A stretch of 64,000 nucleotides of DNA from Paraspadella gotoi. Its lineage: Eukaryota; Animalia; Chaetognatha. Every line of letters starts with the position of its first letter. The first letter of the stretch is position 1. The position numbers were made by a program, and so were the translations under genes. Positions 24,608-41,183 of the stretch are shown here, piece by piece. Location: contig CM119270.1 in assembly GCA_051294375.1 (NCBI GenBank), positions 18,077,710 to 18,141,709 of the forward strand. The letters run 5' to 3'. Under the pieces are notes generated by a model, which saw nothing but the letters and a program-made list of their open reading frames with translations, did not search any database and was not told where the DNA came from.

Positions 24608-25470
24608 AACAAAAGCGAGATGGATTCATAGTTTATTGTCTTACTTAAAAATAAAAGTTTACCAAAAAAAGTGTATTTACATAATTAGTTTCAATTTGAC
24701 AAGCATTTTCACTTCATTTGTTTGACTCCGTAAGTGATTGATTGAACCGAAATCTTGGTCAATACCTAAATAGATGAATAATGTTTATTGTTCTTTAAAG
24801 TGTCATTTAGTTAGTTTTATTAATCAGACTAAGCCGCTAGTTAAGCGGCCTATGAGCTAGTTAAACGTGTTTTGTCTCTCTCGGAAACAACCATTATTAA
24901 ATTGTACATTCAATAAGTAAGATAACTTGCCCATAATTTTGACAGGCAATGATAGTGAACTTACTAAGTAAGATTACTTGAGGAATTAATCATTCTCCAT
25001 TAAGTATCAAAAAGTAGCAGTTTTTTTATTATAAAATAATTAGTAGACATTGTATTCGAACTTTCTTTTCGTTGTTTATAAGAGTTTAGAGAGAAAACGA
25101 AAATTTCGTTATAACAACAAGTGAATATATTAATTCGGACATGTTTCGACTCTTATGTTTTCCAAACAAAAAAGTGAGTAAAGGATAGTGGTCAGATGTA
25201 AGGACAGGTGAAAGTGAGGACAGGGTAGGAGAGAGTAAGTGAATTTGAAAATGGTGAAAGGAGAAAGAGAGAGAGAGAGACAAAATAAATACATTAGGCA
25301 ATGTATAACAATGATAAATTTAGAAAAACTAAACCTATAACAAGGATTAATAAATTAGTTTTTGCTGATGAAAGTTAACTTACTCTCTCGCCTTCTATCC
25401 TCACCTTCAACCTGTCCTTAATGCTGGACGCACTATCGCGCTTACTCCGAATTTTCTTTGTTTTGAAAAA

Positions 25471-25541
<71 letters not shown>

Positions 25542-25998
25542 ACAGCATCGATTTTCGAATTAATAAATTCACTTGTTAAAACGAAATTTTCGTTTTCTCT
25601 CTAATAACTAATTGTAATTTAATTTAATTTATATAATAATTTAAATTTTTCTTACCCTAAAAACGTCGCAGCAGTCAGAGCATTTTAAGATTTCCATGAC
25701 CGTGTTCAAAGCCGTGCCCCAACTCTAAAAAAAACATTGAGAAAATTTGTCAATTATTGTTATAATTAAGTGGAGCAAGTTTTATATTCGTATGTCAGTT
25801 GGTAGAGGAAAAAACCAAATTAAGTTTAGATATTACCCTAAGGGATTTCTTTAGTTGAAACTTACCCTAAGCGCAGTTTCATGATTGCAACGGCGAACTT
25901 ACCTCAACGACTCTCTGGCATTTCTGTTCGCATGTGTCCTGCAATTGGCGATATTGGTTGCCTTTGGTAGGGACTGATAGTCCGAGGAGGACGATAAG
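22866..25998 (-). CDS. Candidate exons of an unidentified, possibly secreted coiled-coil protein (25903-25998, possibly ~23752-23912, ~23030-23087, 22866-22918)
   Basis: ctccag|LIVLLGLSVPTKGNQYRQLQDTCEQKCQRVVE|gtaagt has clean splice sites, and WRSQQKEIELYFKKLTNEQ|IGRAEEKVIAEVERMEL* joins in phase. The full model could not be closed, and 23716-24105 also shows plausible + strand splice sites. Confidence 0.25.
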
Positions 25999-26062
25999 CT
26001 GGAGAGAGAGAGAGAGAGAGAGAGAGATAAGAGAGAGATAAAGAGAGAGATAGGAGAGAGAC

Positions 26063-26146
<84 letters not shown>

Positions 26147-27507
26147 TATTGTACATTTTTTTTTAAATCCTGAAGGTCAAATACTACTTACCAGAAAACC
26201 GATGAAATGGGCCATTTTTTTTATTATTGTCTTGTGAATATTTGGCGTTTTTATGATTAAATACTAATTAGGAAGGCGGACGCGAGGCGAAAAATAAAAA
26301 CGAATAAGAAATATATATTTTTTTTTTGTGCCAAAGAGGAGCGAAAAGGAAAAAAAGGGGAAAAAGGATCTTTTGTGATGAAAATGAGGAAAGAAAAAAA
26401 AATCTGGAATCTGGGGATTGAAGGAAGAATCTACAAACCATTTCGACGGTTTTGTCATTTATAGCGATTAAGAATTCCGTGATTTTGTGATTTAGTGATA
26501 AAGAATTCCGTGATTTTGTCATTTAGTGATAAATAATCCGTGATTTTGTCATTTATTGATAAAGAATTCTGTGATTTTGCCATTGAGTGATTAGATATTA
26601 CCGCGATTTTAATGAAGGTTGATGGTAGGTTGAAGAACTAAAGAAGATTGAAAATCCATGATTTTTTTAGAGAGAAATATAGGAATTATTAGTACAGTTT
26701 TATGAATAAAACTATTTTGATATCAAAAGATAAGGAAATCCGTGATAACTGATCAGTGAAGCATCAAATTTATATAATTTTCATTCCAGCCACAAATTCC
26801 AGAGATTACGCGCGACTTCCACCAAAACCTGTTAGGTTAAATCTCAAAGAAATTATTACATCAATTACAATAAATTATAAACTATTAGTGATATAATTAG
26901 CAATACGTACGGACATGATGACGCAGGCGTGAGAACAATCGAAGGGCCAATCCCAAGGAATCTGAGTGAGAGTGAAAATCTTAAACCGTGATAGATGGAG
27001 GCAATATAGCTTTATTATTATTTTAATTTATTTTCTCTGCTTTGTTTAATTGTAAAATTATACCATATTTGCTTTCATTAGTGTGCCAAGTTGTATGTAA
27101 TGTCAAAGTTTATTGTTGTAAAACAACAAAACTTATATTTATCAATTGAATTGATATTTTTTGTTGGGTTTGAACCAAATTAATATTATCGAGGTCTTAC
27201 AAGGTCGTAAAAAAAATATCAAAAAAATATAATTGATCCAAACACGATTTGTAAGAAGATATGTTCATTGTTCAGCTCAGGAAGCCTTACCCAAAGGTAA
27301 GTGACGCAAATCTTCTCGCAAATCGTCTCTGAATTTCGACGCAAAAGCGAATCCATTTTTTTTTTAGTTTGAGTCACGAATTCGATTCGTTTTTTGAATG
27401 TGTTTCTCTTTGTGGAATCGATAATTTGAAAAGAGAGGGATAAATATATTTGTTTTGATTATGAATAAGGGGAAAAGGTTGTGAGGGAAGTGAGAGATAT
27501 TCAGGGT

Positions 27508-27581
<74 letters not shown>

Positions 27582-28033
27582 GAAAAAAGTACTCATTTTT
27601 CGGATCATGGGTTTAAAGCGGCCTTGGTTTCTGAATATCGCAGCTCAAACGGAATCGACCCCGCATGTAGCGTGATGCCACCGACTGTGTTACCAATTCA
27701 AATGATAATAAAATGATACTACAAAACACTTAACGCTAACGTTGTCTACATTTCATCTTGAATCCGAAGCGAAGCGGAAAGGATTTTTTAGACGAGGAAT
27801 AACAATCGATGAGACCAAAAAATCAGTCTACCGAAGTTCACCCAAGATAGGGCGGCCCCTATTTTATTACGGACAAAGCAGAGAAATGAGGAGAAAACCC
27901 GGTCTTTTGTTTTTCAGCCTCCCGGTGGCGGGAGTGGTGTGCGGTGAGTTTTCTCGAGATTTAAAAAAAGAAACAAAGTAGCAATCGGTGAAACGTAAAC
28001 CATACAAGTTACAATTGGTGATAATGATTTTCA

Positions 28034-29110
28034 GTGTCAGCAAATTGGATCTCAAATTCGTTGGACGACGATGTAAACGATTTGAATAAATATGCAGAAT
28101 TGAAGACGAAGACAACGGAAAAGATTTTCGTGGATGAAATTTTAAAGGAGGTCGGAAGGAAAAATTTAAGATGGAACGTGTCAAGCCGAGACTTTGTTTG
28201 GACAAGTCGTGACGAGACGAGACAAGTCGTGACAAGTCCTGACTTGACAAATCGGTTTTTTTCCAGTAAATCATTTCAACATTACTTAAATTACCTTTCA
28301 CCAGAAATTACCTTGTTTAAAAAATACCTGTTTAGCCTAATTAATATATTTTTTTGCATTGCTCAGAATCGGCGATCGAACATACGTTCATCCCGTTTTT
28401 GTGGCACACTCAGTATTCTGGAGCGGACTTCGTTTTTGTGGCACAGTCAGTATTCTGGAACGGACTTCGTTTTTGTGGCACACTCAGTATTCTGGAGCGG
28501 ACTTCGTTTTCTGGGGGAAAAACAATTGGATCGACTCACAAAGAGGTTTCGGGAAAGGTGATGGTTTTCGTAGTATTGCAGTTTATAAAGTTTATTGTAT
28601 ATTTATTGCAGGTACATTGTATCAAATCGGTTCAACCAATTTAAAAATTATTCATTAATTTAAAAAATAAGCTACCCGGCCCGTGACTTTGGACAGGCTT
28701 TGGTGGTTTAATCGTTTGGACAATGGGGAGTCGGAGTCTGACCGGAATTTGTGGTGAGGGAAATAGCAAACTGAGTACGGAAAGAAAGAATATATGGATG
28801 AAGGGAATAAACGAAACGAACCAATGGAACTTCGGCAAACTCATGCTGAGTCAAAACTTCCACCTGAAGCCGGCCTGCGACGTCCTCGACTGCGAGAGGG
28901 GCATGCCTTTCTCCACCTACGACAGGGACAACGACCAGAAGGAAGATGGCAATTGCGCCTGACATCTACTTTTCCGGTTGGTGGTTCAAGGATTGCGCCG
29001 AAAGGGTCGGGACGGCGCCGGGAGAGCCTCGGTTGGAGGACGTGGATTGCAAATCCAAGAACGAATACTTCACTCCTTCCGAAATCATGTTCGAGCTTTT
29101 TCGCGAATGA
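28034..29110 (+). pseudogene. Fibrinogen-related domain (FReD) gene, frame-disrupted (pseudogene or assembly errors)
   Basis: Segments ADFVFWGKNNWIDSQRGFG, LW.GNSKL, GMPFSTYDRDNDQKEDGNCA and, after a +1 shift at ~28960, DIYFSGWWFKDC match the fibrinogen C-terminal consensus. Several frame breaks. Confidence 0.7.
28394..28510 (+). repeat. 37-bp tandem repeat, 3 copies, inside the FReD exon
   Basis: Unit cgtttttgtggcacactcagtattctggagcggactt starts at 28394, 28431 and 28468. Confidence 0.9.
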
Positions 29111-30298
29111 AGAAAAAATCATAATCTTGATATGTAACTTATAAAATATAGATAATGAAAGCGAAAGATGAATATTAGGACTGATTAGTTATAACAGGTA
29201 GATTGAAAAAAAAGTAAATATATCGAGAGTGGATAATAACCAGAATGATTATAACCATAATAACCAATAAAGTTAAGTTTATTAAGACTAACATGAGAAA
29301 TCATTTAATTAATGATTGAAGATTTTGTTAATAAAAGGAATAAACATATTGAGTTCAACAGAAACAGTTGCTTTATTTTGTTAGTTTGAAACCGCAGATT
29401 GTAGCTAAATTTTCCGACACGAACTGGTTTAACAGTTAAAAGTTAACAGTTAAAAATGAGCATTTTTTATAGAAAAAACTGTCGAGACTTTAAATTTATT
29501 AATAGGCCACAGTGTGATAACCCCAGTATTACTGTTATTGATGACAAAAAGAAGTATTTAGATTTTATAGCGTTTTCTTTGTTACAAAAATAGTAATATT
29601 TTCCAAATTTCCAAACATAAACTTAAGTTAACATTAGGTAACATAAGTTCAAATCCTAATCGGATTAAAGCGCCGTGTCTTTTGTTTCCCCAACCCTATT
29701 ATTCTCAGTGCGTTCGTTTCCGCTAGGATCCGACAGAGGTCTCTTCCGTCGCCTCCGTGCATGCACGACCCGTTCGTGGCAATGGAAACTCTCTCTCTCT
29801 ATCTCTCTTTCTCTCTCTCTGTCTGTTTCTCTCCCTCTTTCACTCTGTATATCGCTCGCTCGCTCGCTCTCGCGCTTTGACGTCCGCCACTCTCGTCGAG
29901 TGTGTCGGCAGCGACGTCGTGGGATCTTCGCTCCTTTTCCAAACTATCCTGGAGAAAAATTCTCAGAGGCGAAGGCCTTTCGATGCGGGAACTAAACACA
30001 ATAACTGGAGGCGTGAACGAGGCGCGTTATACGATCTCAAATCATTTGCATAATTTGCTCTCATAAATTTGTATTATGAAATTTTATTTTAAAACCTTTT
30101 TAGAAACACGTCATCCTTACTTTTTAAAATATATGATTTGGTCTTTGCGCACGTTCGAGAATATTCTACTATTTTCCTAATCTACTATTAGTCAAACAAA
30201 ATGGCATTCGCGATCTCTCTCTCTATCTCTCTCTCTCTCTCTTGGTTATCAGCTGCTAGAAATTTCCTTCCCTAAATCGCAGTACAGAAGCCAGCAGG

Positions 30299-30345
<47 letters not shown>

Positions 30346-30468
30346 CACACTAAAAGAGAGAAAGAGAGACTAACAGAGATGGTCGCTCTCAAAGAATCGG
30401 TCACATAATGACAACACGCCCAGTCGCCTATTGTTTTTTAAATCATCCCTCTCTCCTTTCACTCAATT

Positions 30469-30562
<94 letters not shown>

Positions 30563-30630
30563 CGAGCTCGTTTCTCTGTCTCTCTTTTCTCTGTTTCCTT
30601 TTTTCTCTCATTCTCTTTCTAGTATCTGTA

Positions 30631-30712
<82 letters not shown>

Positions 30713-31377
30713 TCGTTTTCCTGCGAATTCCCTCATGACGAGGCCTCCATTTTTGGGTTCGCGTGCCCCGCTACCCTCTCTCTTGCTCTTTATTCGCAAA
30801 CATCTCTTTCTTCTCTTTCTTCTCTTCTCTTTCTTCTCTTTCTCCTTTTTCTCTTCTTTTCTTTCTTTTCTTTTCTTTTCTTTTCTTCTCTCCATTCAGT
30901 ATTCGGTCTCTTCATTTCTTTTTCTTCCTAATTAATTGATTGATTGATTGATTGCTTACGACCAATCAATTTACAATATTACATGCGAAGAATCTTCCTT
31001 TACTGACTCAAAAACTGAATGTGACTGACTCAGGATTTTTTTTTTTTTACATCTGACGTCATCGTCTTCTTTTCGTTTCTGTTTAGTCTTAACACCTTTT
31101 AGCTAATTTAATATTTAACCGAAATTGCGTTATACTTAATTAATATAATTCTCCTTTTTCCGATTCAATTCAGGTATAAAATTCGAGTTCATATCGAATT
31201 CTTTAAATATAATTTTCGTGAAAACGGAAAAAAAAAATATATTATTTACGAATCGCCAGTGGAACTGAAAATAATTATTCGTCAATGACAGAAGTATCGC
31301 ATCGGTAACGTATCAGCCGGAATCGACCGTCAAAAAAATTAAAATCAAATTAAATCGGAAACGCGTCCGAATATTAA

Positions 31378-33058
<1,681 letters not shown>

Positions 33059-33311
33059 TTTCGACGGCCGCTCGTTTCCGCCCGACGGCGCTCGACTCTC
33101 TCTCTCTCTATCTCTCTCTCTCTCGTCGCGTATGGATGTCTCCCTCTCTAACTTTTTGTGATCTCCCTTTCGCTGTCTACTGATTCCTTCTAATTCTTCT
33201 CTCTCTTCATAACTTCCTCATAACTTCTAATGCCCTCCTTCTATCCTCCTTCTATCATCCTTCTATCCTTCTCTTTTCCTCTAACTATTCTTCCCTTTGT
33301 CCTTAAAATTC

Positions 33312-33348
<37 letters not shown>

Positions 33349-34514
33349 CTCCCACTCGTCTTAGTCGCCAATTCTACCCTTTGCTCCTTTTTGTCCCACT
33401 CATTCTCCCATCCTACTCACCTCCTAATCCCCATAATGATCATTCGCCCTTTCTCATCTCTTCTCATCTCTTCCCATCTCTTCCCATCTCTTCCCATCTC
33501 TTCCCATCTCCTCTTTTTCTCCTCATCCGCGGAAATAAAAGGAGAACGCGTTGAGAGTAGGAGAACGCGCAATCAGGAGCGGAAGAACGGATTTAAAAAT
33601 TGAAGAATACAAAAACACTGTAATTAATGTCAAAAAACAATGGAAACGCGAAAAAAACAAAAAAAAATCGCCAATACAATCAGGTCTCTCTCTCTCTTTG
33701 TCTCTCTCTCTCTCTCTCTCTCTCTCTCACGCACTCTCTCTCTCCATCCCTCCTGTTTTCTGTTCTCGCTTCGGTTTATCTGTATAGTTAACGAAAATCA
33801 ATGTAAAGATTTGTAATGTATAATAATATTATTATAATATTAATTGATATTAACCCTGGAATACTTTTATTGTGTTCGCATGACATTTTAGTCCATGAAT
33901 TTATTAAAACAAAAGAACACGATGTCTACATGACCGGTGGAGAATACGATAACTATTTTTTTTTATTTATGCAGGATTAGGATTCTTTCAGAATTTGTTT
34001 CACCTCTTAAAAGATAGCAATCTTCGCTTTTATAAATTCAGTGATAGATTTAGCTAAAAAGTAAATTTAGGCTAACTAATTAAATGTCGATGTAAAGCCT
34101 ATTATTTCTATTTTTTAACAAGATTTGAATTCTACGATTTTTCTCAAACTGGGTTGAAAAGGAAATTAATTTTTTGTCTCAGATTTGTCAAATAGTTTAT
34201 CTATTTTAACGGTTACTCTTTAAAAACTTATCACTTTTTAACATAAAAAATGAAATCAGAAATACTTGCACTAGGCATTTTTTTATTGTACTTTTTAATT
34301 CCTGAGGTAGGAACGGTCTGGCGACTCAAATTGACCTCAGTCAAGATGACCTTAATCACAAAGATACCGTTCACAAAATTACATGAAGCCTCAGTCGTAG
34401 TCCTTGTCGTCGTCGTCATCTTAAAAAGTTTAAATAATTATCAGCATAAGATTACTTAAAAAAGCATAATAAGGTAATAATAATATTAAAATAATGATTT
34501 AAAAAATGGAAACG

Positions 34515-37500
34515 TTAATATATTAGGCTATAATGAACTTGATTTAATCTTTCCATAAGATCGCGCACTGAAGCCACGGTTCCGATTATCATGGCCAAGA
34601 GACTGAAGATTAACAGAAAAATGTTCACCCAGAGTCGCCAACGCAAACGTCCGAATTTTTCATCTCTGAAAAAAAGAAAATTAATTTGTACTACAAATAA
34701 TTAAATATGGCTTATGCCCGAAAGAAAATTAAGTTGTTTCCACAAATAAATATCTAAATGTGGCTATTCCGTCAAGCGCACGGGTTTCGTGATATTTTTA
34801 TTGGCTATTCGTTTCTGATTAAATATCGAATATAATTATTAAATTAAATGATTAAATATCTAATATAATTTTATTTAGATTACTTATCCTTATCAAACTT
34901 ATTAGTATTCTTATTATTCATTATCTTTCTTGATCTTTTTAAATAAGTTTAAAAACGTCATAAACGTATAACTTAGTTCATGAACAGAGTTGATTGTTTT
35001 ACAAACTTTTTACTGTTTTTCAAACTGTTCAAATTTATTTTGGGGCTTTAAAAATACACGATGTAATTGTTTGTTTTTTTTTCTCACCCTGATATTCTTC
35101 TTATTGAGTCGATCGTGACTGGAAATGTGATCGTCATCGGAATCACGAGAGCAGCGCCGAGCAGAGATAAGAGTGGACCTTTCACCGTGAAACAATTATA
35201 GGTTTATTATAAGTTCACTGAGATTTCGTTTTCACAAGATGACCCTGTACCGATGTGCGGGGCGGCGGCGGCGATGGCGACGGTCAAGACGACGAGGCCG
35301 ATCCGAGTCAAGTATTCCCAAAGGACGACGCGACCCTCGTGGACGATCCACTGGCGAAGTTGGCCGAAGACGACCTCGATGAGAGGAATGAATTGGACGG
35401 CGTAGGTGCACACGATCACGATCGAGAAGATAACCTTCAGGCTGTCACAAAGCGGTTACGGGTGTCAGATCAGTATTTTGAATCTAGCTAAATATTGCTT
35501 TATTGGAAAATTAATTAACTAATTTCACGAGCTGTCAAAAGTTAGGATCAGGAAATATATTTTTATGAATGGATATTTTTATATAATGTTTGTAACTATT
35601 CCAGAAAAAAATTAAGTGTGTGTTTTAATTTTTTGAAAAACGAAAGTAGTTTTAAGTAAAGTTTAAACAAACATTTATTTTTTTATCGTCACTGCATTTG
35701 TAAAAATAGTTAAAATGTTTTCGACGTTAGCTCATAAAAGCATTTTTTTTAAAAATCTTGAAATCAATATTACTCGATTTAAGTTGAATTTAGAACAGTT
35801 TAGAACAATGTCCCACCTGTCGTACAACGGTTCGTGTGGCAAATTGAGAGTAACGACATCTCTCGCTCCGTGACCGAATTTCGTGTAACCGAAAAAAGCG
35901 ATTGTGATGTAGAAGATCGTCATGAGAGTGACGCCGACGTTGATGACGCCGAATCGTGACCTCATCGCTTCCGGTTGAACCATTTTGTTCTCCAGGGGAA
36001 GAACGACGACGATGCCTGAAAGGGAGAACGGGTCACCACGATCGTATTTGATATATTGTGGTGGTATATTCACACCACCTCACGTCCACGATCGTTCAGC
36101 CAATACCATTGGCTCAGTGGGGGAACACACCAGCCCAGGCGTTGTGTTCCATCCACAGTCATAACAACTTCTCTCTGCGTTGGCAAAGCGAGACCATCCT
36201 AGGGTAACCGCGCCAGTGACTGGAGGCGTCACTGAAGGTCTCGAAGCCCCCAAAGCCAACAGTGAGATGGCCCATCCCAATGGGCATCACAAGGCAACCC
36301 GGCTGTTGCCATAATATCTAAAATATCTTCCATTTCTTTTTTAGTTTTAAAATCTCATTTTCGTGGGCAAATGGAGATAAATAAAGTGATCGTCGCTTCG
36401 AATAACATTGATAATTTATGTCAAAGTATTATATTTTTTCATCGCCATTCCTAAGATACATGTATGATTTTGGTTCAGCGTAAACGTTTTAATATTGTTT
36501 TTAAACATGTTCCGGATTTAAACCAATCGCAAAGGCGAGATTTAAAGATGCCCAAAAAAAAGTTATAATATCATCTCAGGAAATCAAAATGGATAATATC
36601 ATTATCTATCTAATGCATTATAAACTATACACTATTTATTTACTAATTTATTTATTCATGACACCTTCGTAAGCACAGATGACCATCGTGACGAAGACGG
36701 ATATTTTGAACGGATCCGTCTCGACCATCTGCAATTCCTCCAACGGCAACGGATCCCGGACGATGAAGCTCAAGATGATAATCGTGGCGACGAGTTGAAC
36801 CGCAATTCCGGCGCCGGAAACGAGCGCCAACACCGATACGTCACGGATGAGGTTGACGAGAATTAGGAGAGGAAGCGTAAAGGCGATGTATGCCTTAAAA
36901 TTGAGTCAATGTACGATATTAATGTTGCTCTAATGTAATGTCATGAAAGTTATTCGGTATTCATAAAAATCGATATATCGCGGAGATATCGAAAGCATAT
37001 AAAGACCCGTTTTAACAGTAGCGGTAGCCGACCAAATTCAAATTTTAATGGGAACAGCATTAAACTAATCCATTATTGGTATTAATTATTGTGTTAAAAT
37101 ATTTTTTTGCAAAAATGTTCCGAACCATGAGTAATTCGCTAATTAATATTATTATATCGCTAAATAATGTCAAAAATTTTTTTAAAATATTTTAAGTTTT
37201 TTTAATTGATTTTGATAGAGCTTAAAAAGTTAAGCAAAACATATAATTACAACTTTTTAAAATTTTGATGTTTTATTACTAAAAATTAGTAAAAACTGCT
37301 AAAATCATTGGATGATAATGATGATGATGATTTTTTAAGGTTTTTCTCAATTTTAACCCACTTATCATCAAAATATTAAAAAAAGAATTATACTTTGTGT
37401 AGATAACTTTTCATAAGCTATTTGAATCTGCTTTTAAAAATAAAAAAATTTTTAAAAAAATTTTAACATTTCCTATCTATAAATAAATATTAAAAAATTA

Positions 37501-38868
37501 ATTACTAATGCTTCTCGCCATTTTAGAAAATTTTGCTCCATTGAAAGTTTTCTCAGAAATGTATGAAGTTTCATTTGGAAAGGTTCCCAAATCAAACTTC
37601 TGACCCACCCCATTGACGAAGTTTGGCTCTATTAACAGTGAGATGTATGAAGCAAGTGACGGTCGGATATGACAGTTCCTTCCGTCCTTCCTAAACTCAC
37701 GTTCCCGGGTTCTAACCTTGGTTGGAATGGTCCTTCCGAAAGAGTGAAGGGCCGGTTAGATCACCGGTGGCAAGTCTAACGCCCCATCCGAAATTCCGGA
37801 ATGTAAGGGAACTAACGTTAAAATCTCCCGACCCTCTCTCCCCCCCCTCTCCCCCCCTTTCCCCCCCTCTCCCCTCTGGGAGTGAACCCCTCTCCTCTCG
37901 GTCACTTCACTGGAATTAGCTTAAGTTTTGTGAACTTCTATTACCTCGACCGGAAACTCTGTATCGAAATTTTTCTCCGCAGCTTCCCGTAAATTATTTC
38001 CTGAAAAAAAAATCATAATGATAAATTTACTGACAGCGTTTAAAAAAAGCAAATATATCCCGTTTACTCACCCATAAACGCGACGTAAACTATGAGTATG
38101 AGTAACTGTTGTAAGCATAACATTATGTTTATGAGTCTTTTCACAAGTTTGGAAAACTTGCGACATCTCGCGGGACCGTTTTCGAAGGCGAGTTCGACGG
38201 TCTGGGCATAGTCAATCTCCCGGTGGTCGGAAAACTGGCGAAAATTTCTGAGAAGAAAACAAATGAACAGTTGGTTTTTTTAAAAGGTGGTTTATTTTGT
38301 TGAAAATAAAAATTTTGTATATAATTTTTTTTTTTAGAAAATTTTTTTTTTTCATTTTCAAAATTAAATCGCCCAATAGAACAATCATAAGTACTTGATT
38401 GGTAATATATACCGAATATACATAAACACTTAACAAATTGTCTAAATAATAATTCGTTGATAACCAATTCAAAACTGTTTCTCTCTAAATAAACTAAAGT
38501 TGAACTTTTTTCCCAAACCTTGACGCGGATACCAAGCAATGTATGCAATAAGCCGAGATGAGGCCGACAACGGGGATGCCGACGACGGTCGACGAGAGAC
38601 CGCCACGGGCGACGGCGTAAGGCAGAGCCAAATTCCCGGCTCCGAAAAATCCTTTGAAGAAATGAAGGAGGGTCGCGTCGGCGGAGATGGATGGAGAGCG
38701 CGTGGACGATCCACTCGGGAGCAGGCGTGTTCCTTCGGTTGATGGTAGGTCTGGTTTAGATGCTTCGGAGGTTTCGGTGAGCGATTGTACGTCGTCGTCG
38801 TCGTCGTCGTCGTCGACGTCGTCGTTTTCTTGAGAATTATCTGCCGGTAGTCGCGTCATTTTGTCCAT
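34515..38868 (-). CDS. Proton-coupled amino acid transporter (SLC36/PAT-like, Aa_trans family); exons 38519-38868, 38072-38247, 37945-38000, 36665-36893, 35817-36015, 35251-35441, 35088-35178, 34515-34665
   Basis: TLLHFFKGFFGAGNLALPYAV, YCIHCLV, IDYAQTVELAFENGP, AYEGIVVVLPLENKM, FGYTKFG..VTLNLP and TYAVQF. All eight exons join in frame with GT-AG introns. Confidence 0.9.
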
Positions 38869-40644
38869 TTTTTTTTTAGGTTTTATTAATTTCCTATGAC
38901 GAAGAGACGACCCAAATGTTTTAAATGTTTTACTTTTGTTTTTTCTTAGTTTCGTCCGTGATTGCACGGCAATGTTAGATTTATTGCTAAATTATATCGA
39001 TTATAACGAGTTTATTTTTTCAAATAATTGACGACGGCATTGAGATTTCAGATTAAATTTAATTCCAATCTTTTTGTGGAAAGAGAAAAAAAAAAACCAG
39101 TCTTTAAAAGAAAAAAGATCACGTGAGAGAAACTGGAGAATAAATAAAACAAATATTAGGTTAGAAAGATTGTTTTACAAGTTGCTGTACTTTTTGAAGA
39201 CGATTTATGTTTATATAAAATAATATTGATTCGTAGGAATTTGTTTTGAAGCTTTACTTTTTTTTCTATTATTTTTCTATTATTAAATAGACAAGGGATT
39301 AAAAAAAAACACGTTTCGAAGATTCTTCTCCAACCGGTTTGTCTTTGTGCCTTTTGAAGAAACAACTTTTGTCTACTTGCCGCTGACTTCGTGCGTGTAG
39401 GTAAGTTTATATGTGAGGGCACGCGGGTTAAACGCTTACTCACTCTGACATTGTCCACTCTCTAGCATTGTCTAGCATTGTCCAATGTCCATCCCAGCAC
39501 GTAACCATTAACACGTGGTCAGTCCAGAAAATGAGTCCCCCCTCAGTCTTCGACGCTCTCTCGACATTGAGTGAACGAGGTTGTAACTTTTTCCTTTCTA
39601 TAAATTTTATTCTTTAGTTTTATAAATATTGCAAAATTATACGTTTCACCATTTTAAGTTTTAGATTTTAAAATATTTATTGCAATTATTGTATTCATTT
39701 TATAATTAAATATTTTTTTATTATTAGTATTTATTAATTTTGTTTTTGATAATCTAAATCTGAAAACTATTAAACTATATTACAATAATCGGGAGAGAGT
39801 TATTTTTGTTTTCATCTGAAATACAGACTTATTACAGTGAGAATCTATACAACATGTTTTAGTTTTGGTGTATCTGTTTTAATTGATAATGAAATTTCAA
39901 AATAATTAACTAACTTTCCTATTTGAACCTAATTTACTACCAATATAATGATAGCATTATATCAAACGATTGAAAGCACTTTTTCCCAGAATAAATCACA
40001 AAGATGATTTTTTACAACAAAATAATCCAACTGACATTGTCCGCATTTTTTGCAATTAAATGACTCTTAAAATATACGAATTAATTAGCAGAATGTCAAT
40101 CGTATCTTAAATTGTAAAAGCACAAATATTTATAAAAATGAAATTAATTTGTACAATGTACATTTATGTCCATGGCCGGTTCTGGCTTTTATATAAAATT
40201 TATAAAATTATTTTTTGAAAAATACGTATGGTTTGAATTAAATAAAAATATAGTAAAAAGACTATCATGAAAACATTTTACAGATAAAAGTTCGATATCA
40301 CAAAGCAGAATGTGATTAATATTTACTAAATTCATTCAGGGATTGAATAATATTTATTATGGAATGATTTGACGAGTTTAACTCTCAAAAACAATCAATA
40401 GAATATTCATTTTCTTAATAACCCAATTAGTTTTTCTCCGGGTGTTATAATGCTTAAAAATAAATTTTTGGAGGCAGAAACGGGTAACAAAACTTTGAGA
40501 TAGATACGGTTCAATTTCAAAATTCTGTTTTTGACTAAAAAAAAACAGAAAACGAAAAATCTTTTGTACAGACAAAATATTTAATTACACAAAATCCAGA
40601 GAGCCACGTGGGTAATGAAATAAGTCACGATCAAGAGAAACGCT

Positions 40645-41136
40645 TCAGGAATTTTTTTTGCTGACGATTGTGCTGGGAATGTAGCCATCTTCTCCGCGCC
40701 AGTTTCGTACGAACCACCAGTTTTTACTGTCGTTAACGATTTCGACAACTTCAGTCTTGCGAACAGTCAGCTCCTGTTAATGAAATCCGAAACATCAAAT
40801 TTTCACTCTGATTTACAGTTTTAAAGGTAAAAAAGCAATTAAAATCCTTATTCTAATATAATAAGTTTTTTTTATGATTTCTTGTAAGATTTTTGAAAGA
40901 CTAATCTCAATACATTTTTCTGAACATAAACTTTCGTGAAAGCATTTTTAAAGAACTGACCTGAACGCGTTTTCCCACTCGATCGAACTGCGCTTCGCCC
41001 ACTTGACACTTTTCCGTTTTCAATTGAGACTCGAATTTCTTCATTCTGTTGGAAGAAAAATAGTATTTTATCATAATTAATAAAGGATTTATATTCAAAT
41101 TAATCGCGAAAATGGAGAAGAGAGAGAGAGAGAGAG

Positions 41137-41183
<47 letters not shown>

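Noticed and set aside
28394-28510. 37-bp repeats (and the 55191-55667 array) as a CRISPR array
   Set aside because: Head-to-tail units with no unique spacers, no cas genes, eukaryotic context.
28960-28962. In-frame TGA in the FReD as possible selenocysteine or readthrough
   Set aside because: The downstream GWWF motif is in a different frame, so this is a 1-nt insertion rather than a recoded stop.
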